Below are positions 48,400-63,887 of a stretch of DNA of 64,000 nucleotides, one piece after another (the first letter of the stretch is position 1; each line of letters starts with the position of its first letter). The DNA comes from the human T2T-CHM13v2.0 reference genome, Homo sapiens. Under the pieces are notes generated by a model. That model was not told the origin of the DNA. It did not search any database and saw only the letters and a list, made by a program, of their open reading frames with translations. Made by a program: the position numbers and the translations under genes. The DNA lies in the NCBI RefSeq assembly GCF_009914755.1, contig NC_060934.1; one strand, 5' to 3'.

Positions 48400-50175
48400 A
48401 GGTGATAATTTTGAAAATAACAAAAAATACAAATGAGAAAAAATTTATATATATAGATGCACGTCCTAGAATAGCTAAAATAATGCTAACAAAGAAGATT
48501 AAAATGGGAGGAATCACTCTACCCTATAGTAAGGCTTACGCTATAGCTACTGTAATCATGATAGTATGGTGTTGGCAAAGGGACAATCACATATAACAAT
48601 GGAACAGAATAGACAATTTAGATACATACAAATATGTCCAACTGTTTTCTCACAAAATACAAAAGCAATTCCATGGAGGACGGATAGCCTTTTCAACAAA
48701 TAGTATTAAAGCTATTGGGCATCCATAGACCAAAACAAACAGACAAAAAAAAAAAAGAAAGAAAGAAAGAAAAGAAAAGAAGAGAAAAAAAAACCCCAAA
48801 ACTCTCAACCTAAACCTCAAACTTTATAAAATTATCTCAAAATTGATTGTGGACTGAATTGTAAAATGCAAACGTTTTCAGTAAAAAATAAAAGTAGAAA
48901 ATCTTCGGGGTCTCAGGCTAGGAAAAGACTTGACATCAAAAGCGTGATTCGTGAAATAAATAATTCTCTAAATTGAACCTCATCAAAATTAAAACCTTTT
49001 CACGGTGAAAAGACAAGAGTTTGAAAAGACAAGCTATAGAGTGGCAGCAAATATTTGCTGACTGCATATCTGACAAAGAACTAGTGTCTAAAATATATGA
49101 AGAACTTTCAAAACTCAAAAGTAATAAGCAATCCATTTAGAAAAGATAAAAACAGATATTTTATTGAAGGGGATATATACATAGCAAATAAGCACAAAAA
49201 AAGGTGTGCAACATCATTAGTCATTCAGGAATTGCAAAATAAAACCACAATGAAGTATGACTCCACACCTATCAGAATGGTAAAATGAAAAATAATGGCA
49301 ACACCAAATGTCAGGAAAGATGCAGAGAAACTGGATTATTCTTACATCACTGGCAGAAATATAAAATGATACAGACACGCTGGAAAGCAGTTTGATACTT
49401 TCTTACAATACCCAACATGAACTTGCCATATGATCCAGCAATTGCACTCTTGGGTGTTTATCACATGTAAATGAAAACTCATGTTCATGCAAAAACCTGC
49501 ACGCAAATGTTCATGGCAGCTTTTTTCATAATTGCCAAGAATTGGAAGCAACCCAGATGTCCTCCAATGGGGGAATAGTTAGACAAACTGTGGTATATGT
49601 GATATTACTCATATGTGGTATATGTGATATAATCAAAGCAGTGAACTACTAATACACATGAAAACGTGGACGAATCTCTAAGGAATTATGTTGAGTAAAA
49701 AAACCAAAGCCAAAAGGCATTATTCCATTTATATCACATACTGAAATGACAAAATTTTAGAGATGGAGTACAATTAATGGTTGCCAGAGTTGGGGACAGA
49801 GTGTCAGGGGAAGAAATGTGAAAAATATTTGGGTGGTTATAAAAGGACAACACAAAGGATCCTTGTGGTGATAGATCTGTTCAGTATTTTTACTGTGGTG
49901 CAGATACACAAGTTTATAAGTGATAAAATAGTATAGACCCGAATGCACACATACATATACACAGACACACAGAGAGATGAGTACAAGAGGGGAACAGTGA
50001 ATAAAATCAGTCAACTGTATCAGTGTCAATACCCTGGTTTTGATATAATATTAGACTTTTGCAAAATGTTACCATTGAGAAAAGTGGGTAAAGGATCCCA
50101 GGAGACCTCTCTGCATTATTTCTTACAACTACATATGAATCTATAATTATCTCAATAAAAATGTCAATTTAATAA
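48400..50175 (+). mobile_element. L1MC-like ORF2 end plus 3'UTR
   Basis: 3' end ctctctgcattatttcttacaactacatatgaatctataattatctcaataaaa. Confidence 0.8.
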
Positions 50176-51112
50176 AGATATTAGACAATATCATACTGAA
50201 TCTTGAATCCTAGGCAAGGAGTTTAAACTCTTTTCAATAGCTAGTTGAGACCCATAGAGGCTGGTTGAGTATGGACGACTTGATTAAGAGCTATGGATCA
50301 AAAGAACCAATATGATGACAGTGAGTGTGATGAGTTAAAGGGATGTTACTAAAGGCAGTGAGTCAAAAAACCATAATCAGCGATCAAGTTAGAGGCAATA
50401 TTGAAGCCAATATTGTACCCAATGAAGTGTACAACAGATCCATGCCTATGACCACTTCAACAACCACACATCCAACCAAATTCACTCTGTCCAAGTTCTT
50501 TTTTTTGTAATTTACACTATTTTTGGGAATCTGATCATAAAATACAGTCACTTCCAAGAGTTATTTCGCTATATTGAGCTCATTCTTTTATGCCATAATC
50601 TTAACATTTTGTAAACATGAAGACACATTTTTAGTCTTGGTTTCAATAATTTTATAATCATATAAATGTGCATGAAATATGTTTTCTACTTATTGTGGCA
50701 ATTGGCATTTTTGAAAAAAATTATTTTAAGGTGTTCGAAGATTGAAAAAAGCATATATTAGACTTCTGGTTTAAATTAATTTTAACTAAATATTTATAAA
50801 ATTTTGATTAAATAAGTTTGTAATCAATGTTTAAATGTCTGAGAAAATGTAATTTGTTAATTGATTTCTTAGCTTTGTAGCCAGCATTAAATTTTCAGGA
50901 AATATTATTTAATGAATTTATACATTTATGTAATTGTGCCTGAGATAAAATACAACAGGAGTGAAGCTCTTCTCCATGCACTAAAGATTCCAGGAGACCA
51001 TCAGTTTGCAGATCAGGGCTCTCTCCATCATACCACACTGCCCTGGAAAGGTTTACATCCTCTTTAAAGCCTCTCTGAGCTGCTGGCTCCAGATCAAGGA
51101 GGAATAGGCTTA

Positions 51113-51301
<189 letters not shown>

Positions 51302-52445
51302 CTATCCCCAGGGAGGTGTTCTGCCCTGCAGCCAGGCACACAGGCCATCACTCGTGATGGGCTGGAACCAGGGAGGTGACTGTCAGCTGGGTCTGGGCAT
51401 CTGTGCCAATTCTGGGATAGGATCCTAAAACCATGGATCTTGGACAAGGGCAGAGGACCACAAAATATGAAAAAGTTAGGACTGGGCTTCTAGTGGTGCG
51501 AAGGTTGTCAAAACACCAAGGGTTGGGGTCTGAATATCAAAATCTTTCAGTTAGAAGATTCTACCTCACAGTGGTAAGAACTTCTAGGGCTGCAGCCTTA
51601 TGTAAGATCCCTTTCCAATTTCAAATTCATATATAGCAGACTCGGGAATTCTGTAAATATAGAAATAACTCCTACTACATGGAGGGATCCCTGGCTTTCT
51701 TTTAAACCTGAGAAATGAGATGTCCCATATCACTTTTATTAGTATTCAGCCCTCATTAGATGGCTTTTCTTCCCCCAGAATTCTCAGAAATCAGGGCATG
51801 AGACTTTTAGTTAGAAGTTTAGCCTCTTTGAGGCCAATTATTTCTCCTTGGTCTCTAAAGTGTTAGGAGAAGAGAGCTTCTCACTGCTTATTCTCCTTAC
51901 ATAACCTCACAAAGCATTTGCCATGGTGCAAACAGGATGAAGACTCACATTAGAAACTTTGCAATTTGTTGCTCCAGTCAAAATGGCACAATCCTATAAC
52001 TCACTAGTGGATAGAAGTACCATCCAGACCCCTCAGAGGTAGGAGAATTTGTACCTCAAGAATGGCTGAAGTACTGCTTAAATGATTGCAATACAATTGG
52101 GATTTTTTTTCCCCATTAAGTCATCAAATTTAAGCAAGATTCACAGTTTCATTGACAACCTCATGTGCATAGCAATCACTTTAATGTAGGAGGAGAGAAA
52201 AGTGCAAAGCAGGACTCCAAAGTTAATTTTATCTAAAGTGGAGAATCAGGAATTGAAGTTGAGCTCCTTATTGTTGTTTCATTTAATTTCTCTCTGATAT
52301 TATTCAGAGAAATTGGGTGCAGCATGACATTTGTACTGTCCTAGAGATTAAGTAAAATTGCATTTGGAATGACTTTGGTAAAATGCACCTGAGAACTTTG
52401 CCAATGGATAAGTTCTTCCAGGCCCCTAGAGCTATTCAATGATCA

Positions 52446-52805
<360 letters not shown>

Positions 52806-54744
52806 TCATTTAGACGGCAGTCCTCAGCTTACTGCTGGGTTCTGCCCTGGGTCAAGGTCCACCCTCTGTCCTTTGAGTTGCTCTGTTCAGAGGAATGGAT
52901 TTGAGAGCTGGCACCCTGAGAGTCTGAATATTATAAGGAAAATCCAACACTAAGTTGTCTGTTACTATTTCCTTCACCTTACAAGTCTCTCTCTTCTAAA
53001 AACTTCAGGAAACTGCTTCTACAGAAAAGAGCCGAGTAAAGTATCTTCATTTCTCTACGAATTATAGTTTATCTTCACTTTGTTGTTTTCCTACCAAACT
53101 TTAGCTATCTTCTTTTTATTTTCCCTATGTTTCCCTCTACCCTCCACCAAGAAGGCCCTTCTATCTTCTAGGCCTGTGTGCATCCTCCCTACATGTTAAG
53201 ACCAGAGGCACACTCCATTTCTTCATCACACCTCTCAGACTCTATTATCCCACATTGATCTTTCTCTTTTCTAAAACACTTCAGAAGTTATATGGTGAGT
53301 TCTACAACTATGTTAGACCTCATTAACATATTAGCCAGTGAGTGTTTCATATGTAGACTTCATGCCAGAGAGTAAAATACTGAAAGAATAAAGGGGTCAT
53401 ATATTTATTTCTATCTTCCACCACCCTTAATTCATGGCTTGCAAACCCACAGGTTTATTCTTCCATGGTAAAGCCATGGTGTGAAGAATCTCTCTGGATG
53501 TGCCCTACTATGACCTTAAAATTACCTCCCAAGATGTTTGCTTTCCAAAATGGGCTTCATTTTAAAAACAGACAGAAACCCCATTAAGATGGATCCAGAC
53601 TGTGAGGAGAAAACTGCCAAGTTTGGGGCGATTACGGGTTTCATGTCCGGATGGGTGGATGCCAGGTGACAATGGGGCTTAGGGTCCTCCTTTAGTCACA
53701 AGAGCACTGAAAGGCAGTCATCATAATGATCTGGCCTCTTGACCCTCAAAGTGGGAGGCATCAGCAGAACCAGTTTCTTTTAGAATGACCAATAGTGACA
53801 ACTGATTCAACCTCCAAGCTCAAACTGAGGAAACACACGTGGAAGGATTTTTTCAAGGTTTAATATGTAGGCTAGGGACAGATATACTCATGTCCTAAAC
53901 AGAAATCTAATACTATACCTTGAGTAAAGGCAGCAAATAGGAAGTGACCCTATCAACACTCTCCTCTTACACTTGTCACACTGGCATCTCTGGTTCTTGC
54001 CTCTCTTCTAAAAACTCTAGCATCCAGGGACAATTTTTAGGATTAGGAAAGTTTGGAGCATATTTAAGGGCTTAAAAAGAGATTTAATGGAGCAGGATAG
54101 GCTTACAAGACAAAATGAAGGGAAACTAATTTATGAAGCAAGGTTCAAAGGAGGCACAAAGGAATCAACTCATGACACAGGTGGAGGGGTTGTCCTGTGA
54201 CGGTGGGACAGACTGACAGGGGACAGGGGACACTCCCTTCTGTGGGAGATGGCAGGTGCCTGCAGATGTAAATTTCATAGGAATTAGAGGTACAATTTTA
54301 TGCCCCAAAATCTCAGTTTATTTCCCCAATATAGAAGTACAATCATTTTTTTTTTTTTAGTTGGGAAGGATAGAAGATTCTTAGGTAGCTCAAGAAGAAA
54401 GGTAAACTTTTTAAACGGTCTCTGAGAGACATAGCCAAGGAGCCCAACAAAGGACAAGTTAAAAGATTCTGGCAGTACTGAAGGGCCCAGCTGATTTTGG
54501 AGACCACACAGGGTTTCTAAAGCAATCTGGACAGATTCACAATTTCCTTCTCTAATTTAGTGTAGCAACCTGGATTTCAGAGTGAAGAGGATAGATAATA
54601 GAATCCATTCAGGCTTAGGATGCAACAAAAAAATTAAGAACAGAGGGAGTCACAAGGGATGAAGGGAGGAGGGGTTTGTCTGGCCACCCATAGAGGACGC
54701 AGTATCAGAAAGGCACAGAAGCTGCAGAGAAGGATGGGCCTCAA

Positions 54745-55060
54745 ATACACACACTACGTGGAAAGAACCAGACACAAAAGACCACATCTTGTGTGACTCC
54801 ATTTACACAAAATGTTCACTGAAGCAACTCTATATAAGATAGAAAGTAGATTAATGGTTGCCTAGGGCTGGGGGTGGGAATGGCATTAACTATAAGTAGG
54901 TATGAAAGATATCAATGGCGTGACGGAAGTATTCTAAAACCAGATTATAATGAAGGTTGCACAACCCGGTATCTTTACTAAAAATCATTGAATTGTATAT
55001 CTAAAATGGATAAATTTTATAGTATGTGAATTTATCACAGTAAAGGTGTTTCTGAAAAAG
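54745..55060 (+). mobile_element. Old L1M 3'UTR fragment in the intron between the S1 and M1 exons
   Basis: ccagacacaaaagaccaca...ggttgcctagggctgggg...tttactaaaaatcattgaattgta. Confidence 0.75.
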
Positions 55061-55905
55061 ATTAATAGAAATCGGACGAATGACAAGCCTAGTGTCTGCC
55101 TTTACAGATTTAAAAAGCAAAGGGCCTGTGCTGTGAGAGTAAAAGTTCAAAAGAGTCAGAAGGACAACTTGTTGTGGTCATGCAGTGGGCTAGTGATGGT
55201 GACATGTAAGATGCTAACAAGATGCATGGGGGTGAACACTGGAGTGGAGTACAGCAAAGGTCCCTGGAGGCGAGGAGGTCAAAGTATTGGGAGTCCAGGG
55301 TTGTCCACAGGGATGTCAGAAATTGTCAGAATGGTGGCAGGAGAAATAATGGAGATGGAGGATTTGAGTCAGATGCCACCATGATAAATAATCATGGGGA
55401 AATGACCCAGTGTCATGAGATGACAAGAATGGGGACATGGTAAGTTGGCCTCATGCCACGAGTTTCAATGAAGATGCAGTTTCTACGGGAGGGAAGAAGA
55501 GTACAATTTAAATAAGTATGAGGACCTGGGGGATGCCACACCATCAACACATAGCAATGTAGACATACACACATATGTATGAATATCTAACCTGTGGTCT
55601 ATAAGGGATAGGAGAATGAGCACTCATCAGTACCCCTGGTGGGAACTAGGTTTCTGCTTCACCCTAAACGTAGGGTAGGTTCCTTGAAGGGTGTGCTACA
55701 GAGTAGGCACAGTGGATGATAGACTTCAAAGGAATGACAGCAATGGGCAGGGAGGTAACATAGAGTGTCAGAGACGAGGAGATACAAGAGCAGAAATGGA
55801 TGTAGCAGGGGATTTGAAGACAAAAGAGCCTTTGTGTGGGGAGAATGGTAACTGTGGTCTGTTTAGCTGGTCCCAAGGTTTCCACTGTGCAATTGGTCAA
55901 GTTTA

Positions 55906-56205
<300 letters not shown>

Positions 56206-57575
56206 TCATCAACACATATTTCCAGTGTAATGTTAGAGAGAAAGATCTGATTAGAACATTTGCAGTTCCCCAATTTAGGACTTCAGGCTCAACTTCTCTG
56301 CCTTTTTCTAAAAGCAGTTTATGGACACTCAAGGAACAGTGCACAGGATGATCACTCCAATCAGTAGGTCCATACAGAGGAGTGGAGATTCATTTGTCCC
56401 GTGTCATCCCAGGCTCTGCCCCAACCCCTAGTTCCCTGAATAACATGGTTTGTTTTCCTTCCTCCGTTTGTAACATCCATGCAGAGCTAGGACTGTATCC
56501 TTAGAATATGCCAAAATTATATGAGGCCCACATAAGAAACATGCAACTTCTCATCCAGGATAGTAAGTGGCGATAAAGCTCTGTGACATTAGGTTGAGAG
56601 AAAAAGCATTATATCTACAGGCTATACTAGAAAGTGGATATGGATATGGATTAACTGACCAAGGCCAGACCAGAAGCCAAAGGGTAGGACAGAATTCAAA
56701 CCCAGAGTTCCTAGTTCAAAGCCATGCCATGCTCACACCTGCACATGTTGTGCTATGCCACATGTGAGCGAGGTGGTCATCTGAAAAATGTCTTGGCACT
56801 CCCTACCATTCCCCTTCCTTCTTGTGTGAAACTGAACAAGGGGCCTTTGGCAAACAGCTCCAGGGAGTATAGCTCATTAATTTAGTTGTGTTGGGAAATA
56901 GGGTGTAAAGCTTATCTGTGGTGTGCAAACAGAGAATGCAGAAATACTGTTGCCAAAGGTTTCTAAGCCAAGGGAATGCTAGTGTCTGCTGGGAGAGAGG
57001 GGACGTTTGGGCACGTGTGACTCAGCCAATAAGAGGCAAGTCTATAATGTCTCCTGCAGTTTTTATAAAAATGTGAAAAAAGCAATTGAAAGGAAGATGC
57101 TTTTAAAGTCTCTTACAAATGCAAAAGTCTATGATTCCAGGACATCCATGCAGAAAAGTTGCAACTACCGAATGGTCTTCATTCTGAACTTGTGTCACTG
57201 TCACATGAGCCCATCACTGGTGTTGGGTGCTAAGAGAATGTCCTCCTCCAGCATCTATCTTGGGGTTCTGGCTACCAGAACAACTCTCCTAAGGACCAGT
57301 AGTGGGTCAAGATCCATTTTACATCCAAGAACAAATGGAGCAGCTTGGCCCCCTCTGGTCCTCAGAGGAAGCTGTGAATGAGAAGTCCTTTTCTAGAGCA
57401 GCTCAGGGACTTCCTTTGGAAGGCACAGAGGTCCTGGGGCAGAAACTTCAATCTCACTCTTCCTTTCATTATTCATACAATTATTTGAATGAAAGGCCTT
57501 ATGAAAGCTCACAATACTCCTCAAGATTCTCTTCTCCCCAAACCCAGCATTAAACAGAAAGCAGCCTCTGATTCA

Positions 57576-57866
<291 letters not shown>

Positions 57867-58529
57867 TTAAAACCCTAAAGAGAATAGATATATGGTAGAC
57901 AGAGTTACATGTCCTCCTTCAGCTCGCCTGGATCTCTATAGAGCTCAGCACAGCCCTAAAATGAAACCAACTGGTGAGAACTTGTCTCTAGAACAAATGT
58001 TTATGTCCAGTTTTATTCTGTTCACCCACAGAGGCCATGTCACTGTGATGCCTGCAAAATACCCTCTTTCTTTAATTACTCCTTTGACTTGCCCAGGCCA
58101 CAAGGCCCTTGAGTTCAGCCATTGCTCCCTCCATGGGTAGGATGAAGCTCAGCAGTAAAGCAAGTAGCAAACACTCAAGTGTACAGCTTGTCTTGCACCC
58201 CGGTGCCTATGGCAAGCAGGGTCAAGAGCTTCCTGCCTGTTTTCACTGTGGTGCCAGCTCCCTCATTTTCCTTGACAGGCAGGTAGAGGCTAATGGCAGA
58301 GTAAATGTGCTCTGAATCTGCTACATTCTCTTAAGCCTGCAGAGTATATCCAATAGCCAGAGGCATCTCTGATAGTCACCCTAAGGTGGTCAAGGAGAAC
58401 CTACCTTGGCTCAGAAACAATGAGGAGACACAGTTGTTCATGAGACTGCTTCCCCTCCCTGCATCCTTGCAGGGTCTATACAACGACAAAACTTTTGTCT
58501 GGGAAACGATTCTCGACTATTAATGGGGA

Positions 58530-59020
58530 AGACATAACAAAATGCAGATACCCAGCCCCATCTCAAGTCAACTAAATCAGGATCTCAGGGCCTGAGCATA
58601 GGAAGTGTTAATGCCTCCTGAGTGCTCCTGATACTGCAGCCAATGTCGAGAACCCCTGCTCTTCTAGGTCACTGGGCCTCCAACTTGGCTGCATATTAGT
58701 ATCTTTTAAGGGGGCTTTATAATGAAGTGTACTGAAAGTTGGGCCTTACCCCCAGAGCCTCTTATTTAATTGGTCTGTAGTGGACTAGAGATGGATATTT
58801 TAGCTCCCCAGGTGATTCTAATGCACAGCCAGAATTGTGAACCACTGCTGTAGATTAAAGCCATGATGCTCAAACTATGATATCCACACAAATCACCCAG
58901 GGATTTTGTATGCACTTTCTGATTCTGGGGCCTGAGATTATTCATGTCTAACAAGCTCCCAGGTGATGCTGCTGCTGCTGCTGCTAATCCATGGACCACA
59001 ATTTAAATAGCAGGGGGCTA
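58530..59020. mobile_element. Cluster of three adjacent MER5A/B-type MITEs
   Basis: Three successive MER5 bodies ending gagaacccctgc, gaaccactgctgtag and gaccacaatttaaatagcagg; two contain ctcccaggtgat-type cores. Confidence 0.7.
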
Positions 59021-59622
59021 AAGGGTCAAACTGCCACAGGCAGTATATACTGTTGTCAGGGAAAATCCATAAGACCCCCTAGTTAACCTGAAGAGAAGAA
59101 GAACTCCAGTGGAAAAGTGCTACTGGGGGCCCTAAAGTAAAGAATGCTTCTACTCTGTCAGCATTTCCCATGGTCCTGACATCTGCAGCAGGGTCTGCAC
59201 ACTAAGCCCTGACTATAAGGCCATAGAACCTGAGGAGTCATTCCTCCTGGAAGAGACAACAACTCTGAGATGTAAAACCATCAGAATAAGAGATGGAGTT
59301 CTAGAGTCAGTTTTAAAGAAACCTGGAATTTCCTGTTGTCACCTTGGACATGATACCCACCAAGACCCACTCCATCCTGAATAATAGGGTGCCTTGGTGT
59401 GATGAATAAATAAATTAGTAAAAAACATGGCCATGTACCCCAAAGAACCACCCACCGCCACCACCACTAATTAATTTGGGGGCATTGAGATAAAGAACAA
59501 GTGAAGATCTACCCAAAATTCTGCTTAAAGACCTCGAAGATACCAAAATACCACACTTTGGGTAATGATACAGTTAAAAAAAAAAAAAGCAAAAATCATG
59601 GCTATTTCTCCATTGGACCTTA

Positions 59623-59925
<303 letters not shown>

Positions 59926-60096
59926 AAGAAGAAGGAAGGAAGGAAGGGAGGGAGGGAGGGAGGAAGAAAGGGAGGGAGGAAGGGATAAAGAAAGGGAGGT
60001 AGGGAGGGAGGGAGAAAGAAAGAGAAAGAAAGAAAGAGAGAGAGAGAAGGGAAGGGAAGGGAAAGGAAAAAGGAAAAAGGAAAGGAAAGGAAGAAA
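59926..60096. repeat. Alu-tail-derived polypurine microsatellite (GGAA/GGGA/GAAA)
   Basis: Read directly from the sequence. Confidence 0.92.
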
Positions 60097-61089
60097 TTGC
60101 ATTAAGATACAGAATTGGTTCCTACAGCTGGATTAAAATGCTTGTCAGAGGGAAGAGGACAAATTCAGACAAATGGGGTCAAGGGGTTGATTGCCTCTAT
60201 TCTTTGGATGTTCTACTATGGACTCACTGGGGCAGGAGTGGATATTTATTTGGGGTGCCTGCATCTGCACTCCCATAACTGCTTAGCCCAGGTGCTGGAG
60301 CTGCTTAGCCCTGATGTGTGTCCTGCTACTTCTCCTGGGTGTAGGTGGAGTTATAGAGGTCTTCTTGACCATCCCAATGGCTCACAGAGTCATAACAGAA
60401 GACATCTTGTCCTAATGATGATGTGACCATTCCAGGCACTCAATACTCTTATCCTGCACCAGGACCCAGATTCGTAACATCTGCTGCCAAACCTTCCTGG
60501 TACGGTGAAGGGGCATCTTAATTCTCTACTGTCTTGGCTTGGATGAGTGTTTGGAATGGAGCTCTGTGCATCTTGATCAACAAGGCTTTACCTGTCTTTC
60601 TACTGGGATTATAATCAGAAATTAGAATGGAGGATGGAGGCAGGAAGAAACAGTTGGGATGAAGCCCTGAACATCATTCTCTGCTTCTGGCTCACTGCTT
60701 GGCTCCAGGATGCACCACCTCAGTCCCCCTAGACCTTTGCAACAGCTTTCTCATTGGTTTCGCTGCTCTCAGCCTCTCTTATAGCACATCCTTCAACAGG
60801 CAAGTGGGTACCCTTACAACAAATAAACTCAAATATGAACTATATTAATTAAAATATTCTAATGAATTCCTTTTTCTTACAGAATAAATCCTAAGACTTT
60901 TCAGCTTGGCCTAAAAGAAAAGCCTTCCTCATCCAGAGCCAATCCTGACTCTCAACCTCACTTTAGTTTATGTAGTTACAGTACACTAAAATCCCCAAAA
61001 TCCCTCCTTCTTTCTCAGGCACACCACATTCCCTCCTGATATTTGTATCTAGTTTTTCTCTGCCTGGAATGCCCTTTCTCCTCTTCTGG

Positions 61090-61260
61090 GTCTGGTAAAC
61101 TCTTACTTGTTTGTTGAAATAAGATTTCACTTTAGAATAGTTTTAGATTTACAGAAAAGTTGTAGATATTGTACACAGAGTGTCAATAGATCCATAAGCC
61201 AGTTTTTCCCATTAAGACATAACATTAGAATGACACATTTATCACAACTAATGAATGTTC
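61090..61260 (-). mobile_element. L1MC4-like 3' end fragment
   Basis: ttttagatttacagaaaagttg...acatttatcacaactaatgaa. Confidence 0.7.
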
Positions 61261-63887
61261 AGCCCAATATCCATGATTTATGCAAATCTGCAATAGAAAT
61301 GAAATAGAAGGACCTCCAGTTCCTTCTACTCTTGGCATAAGTCAGTGAGTCAGCTGTGGCATTGGGGTTTCTTGCCATGTTCTCTGGGGTCAAAACTCTG
61401 TCTTCATAAGCTGTCTAGAGCCTCAGGCTCTTGGGCTAGACCTGGCCTTGCTCATTCCCATCTCAGGATCTCCAACCTTGCCTCGAATTCCAGGCTCTCC
61501 TCTCCAACATTAACTTCTGTAACTGGAGAAGAAGATGGGAACTTGGAGGTGTGAACTTAGCAGATGTTCATGAGTCAGTAGACCTATGTTCTAATTGTTG
61601 TCACCACTTACCTGAGTGACCTCAGATAGCACTTGACAGCACAATGCTTGAAACATAGAAAGAGTCAACAAATATTTTTGTATACAAAAAAATACAGAAA
61701 AATGTGTTGAGATTACAGGCGTGAGCCACTGTGCCCAGCTGATTCTATTTTCTTATCTATGAAATGGGAAATAAAAATCTTCCTTGCCTACAAATTGAGG
61801 GGCTGTTCAAAGAAGAAAATAACTTTGAAACAGTCTATTATAAAATAGCTTAATTAAGAATCACAAAGTAAAGAACCAGGATATAAAACTGTATACAATA
61901 TGACCTCAATTATGTTTTTTTAAAAGCAGTGGTAAAAACGGGAGAAGACACGTTAAAATGTGATACGTGGATATATGTGTTACATATAGGTGATGGAATT
62001 ATAAGTAATCATTATTACCTTCTTTATCCTCTTCCTGATTTTAACAGGATTTTCACTAATAGGAAGTAAAATAAGCTTTTGATAAAAATAACTAGCATAG
62101 ATGATTAAGCAATATCCTATCACATGCACTTGTACGACTCAAAACTGCATGATAGGGGAGCAATTGGAGTCAAATTACCTGTCAGTATGTCAAGGCCAAT
62201 CTGAGAGTCAGAACCCAATAAATCAGTGCTTTGGCTGTAAGGAATTTTGGTCTAGGGGTGCTTTATCTCCTAGAGGGGGCATATGGCTAGTTTGGCCAGC
62301 ACAGCATCTCATATTCTAGGATCTCTCCAAGATGGTGGGAGCTCTGTAAACTGTTGAGTTGGGAGATAGGAAGTGGCCACAGCTGAGGCCCAGATCCATG
62401 AAGATAAGCAATCCAAGTAATCTTTCTCTGCTGAGAAAGAGGAGCAGCTTCAAATCATTTTAGTTAATATTCAGACAACCTTAATACGAGAAGGCCATGT
62501 AAATTAAAATGGAATTTCATGAAGGAAAAAAAATTCTTCCAAGCCTATTATCATGCTTCTCTCTTTATCTAAAAGTGGTTAGGAATTAAAAGTATTTTTG
62601 TTTTGTTTTGCTTTAATACAGACTTCTGTCTCCCTGGCCTTTAGGCATCCTGTACCCTGATAAAGCAAGAAAAAAAATACTTCAAAGCAAAAAATCAAAA
62701 TTCTGCCTTTCAAACACATCAAAGTTCAACTATGTTCCAGGATTCAGGATCCTTCATATTGGGTAGGAAACTTTATTATTCCCTCACATCAGACAGAAGC
62801 CAAGTGCCCCAGGCTGAGTGAATCTCCCCATTTCCACAAAACTGTGTGATCTTGCCCAAATCTTAAGACAAGAGTGGTAAACCTCCATCATTACTGGTCA
62901 AGGCCATCCGTCTGCAATCCAAAATATAAGGCCAGAACATAGAAAAGCACGGTTCACAAGAAATAATCCAGTGGAATTTTTTTTATGTAAATGAAGGCTT
63001 TAAATGGATCACCAGCCTTGTAGTCACCCAAGATTAGGAGAGACATGCATCCCTCCCCCATCCTGAGGGGGTCTGGCGCTCGCCACTCTGAATGCTCAGG
63101 AAAATGTTTCAGTCAATAAAAGCCAAACGAGGCCGATGGGCTTGATAAGTGGGAAGCCAGAAAAAGCTTTCATCCAAAGAAGTCCCAACACTTAGTCATA
63201 CAGCTCCAGACCATTTCATTTGTACATGAGTGAGTCTACTCTGACTTCCCCTTGTATTTTGCAGACAGAATTTTGTTTACAGGATCGATGAATTTATGGC
63301 CGCACACACCCACTTTTGACAGCTGACCTGTCAAGATCAGTGCCTGAAAAACTAATTTCCAGCACTATTAAACAAAACAAGTACTGCTGCTATTTGATAA
63401 GACAGCTACGGTTTTCATTCATTGCTGAGATCTGCTCTACCCAAACCAGAAATGTGGATGGAGCCAGAGGTTATAGCACAATCATCACTTGAAAGGAGAT
63501 ATATGGCCTCAAAATCTGATTATGACAAACAACTGTGCAAGAGATCAGCCAATTGGAGAATATATTTCACAAACCACTGGTCTCAGGAAAATATATTTCC
63601 CAAGTCAACCAGGATGTTCTTCAAGTTAGTGTTTCTGAGTTGTAAGATGTGGGCATTTGGGACTCTGTGGCCCTGTCCTTAATAAATGCAGGGTTATTAA
63701 CCCTAAATGGGACAGGCATCCTTTGGAAGATTGGGCTTTGTGTTCTGTAGACTAGTTATAAAGGTGTCTTAAAGTGTCATTCTCTTTTCATGGGGAGGAA
63801 GAATAGAAACGGGTGGCAATCTTACTGTTTTACAGCCCAGAGACAAAATATAACCAATTTCATATAGAGAGCATTGTAAATTCCTGC

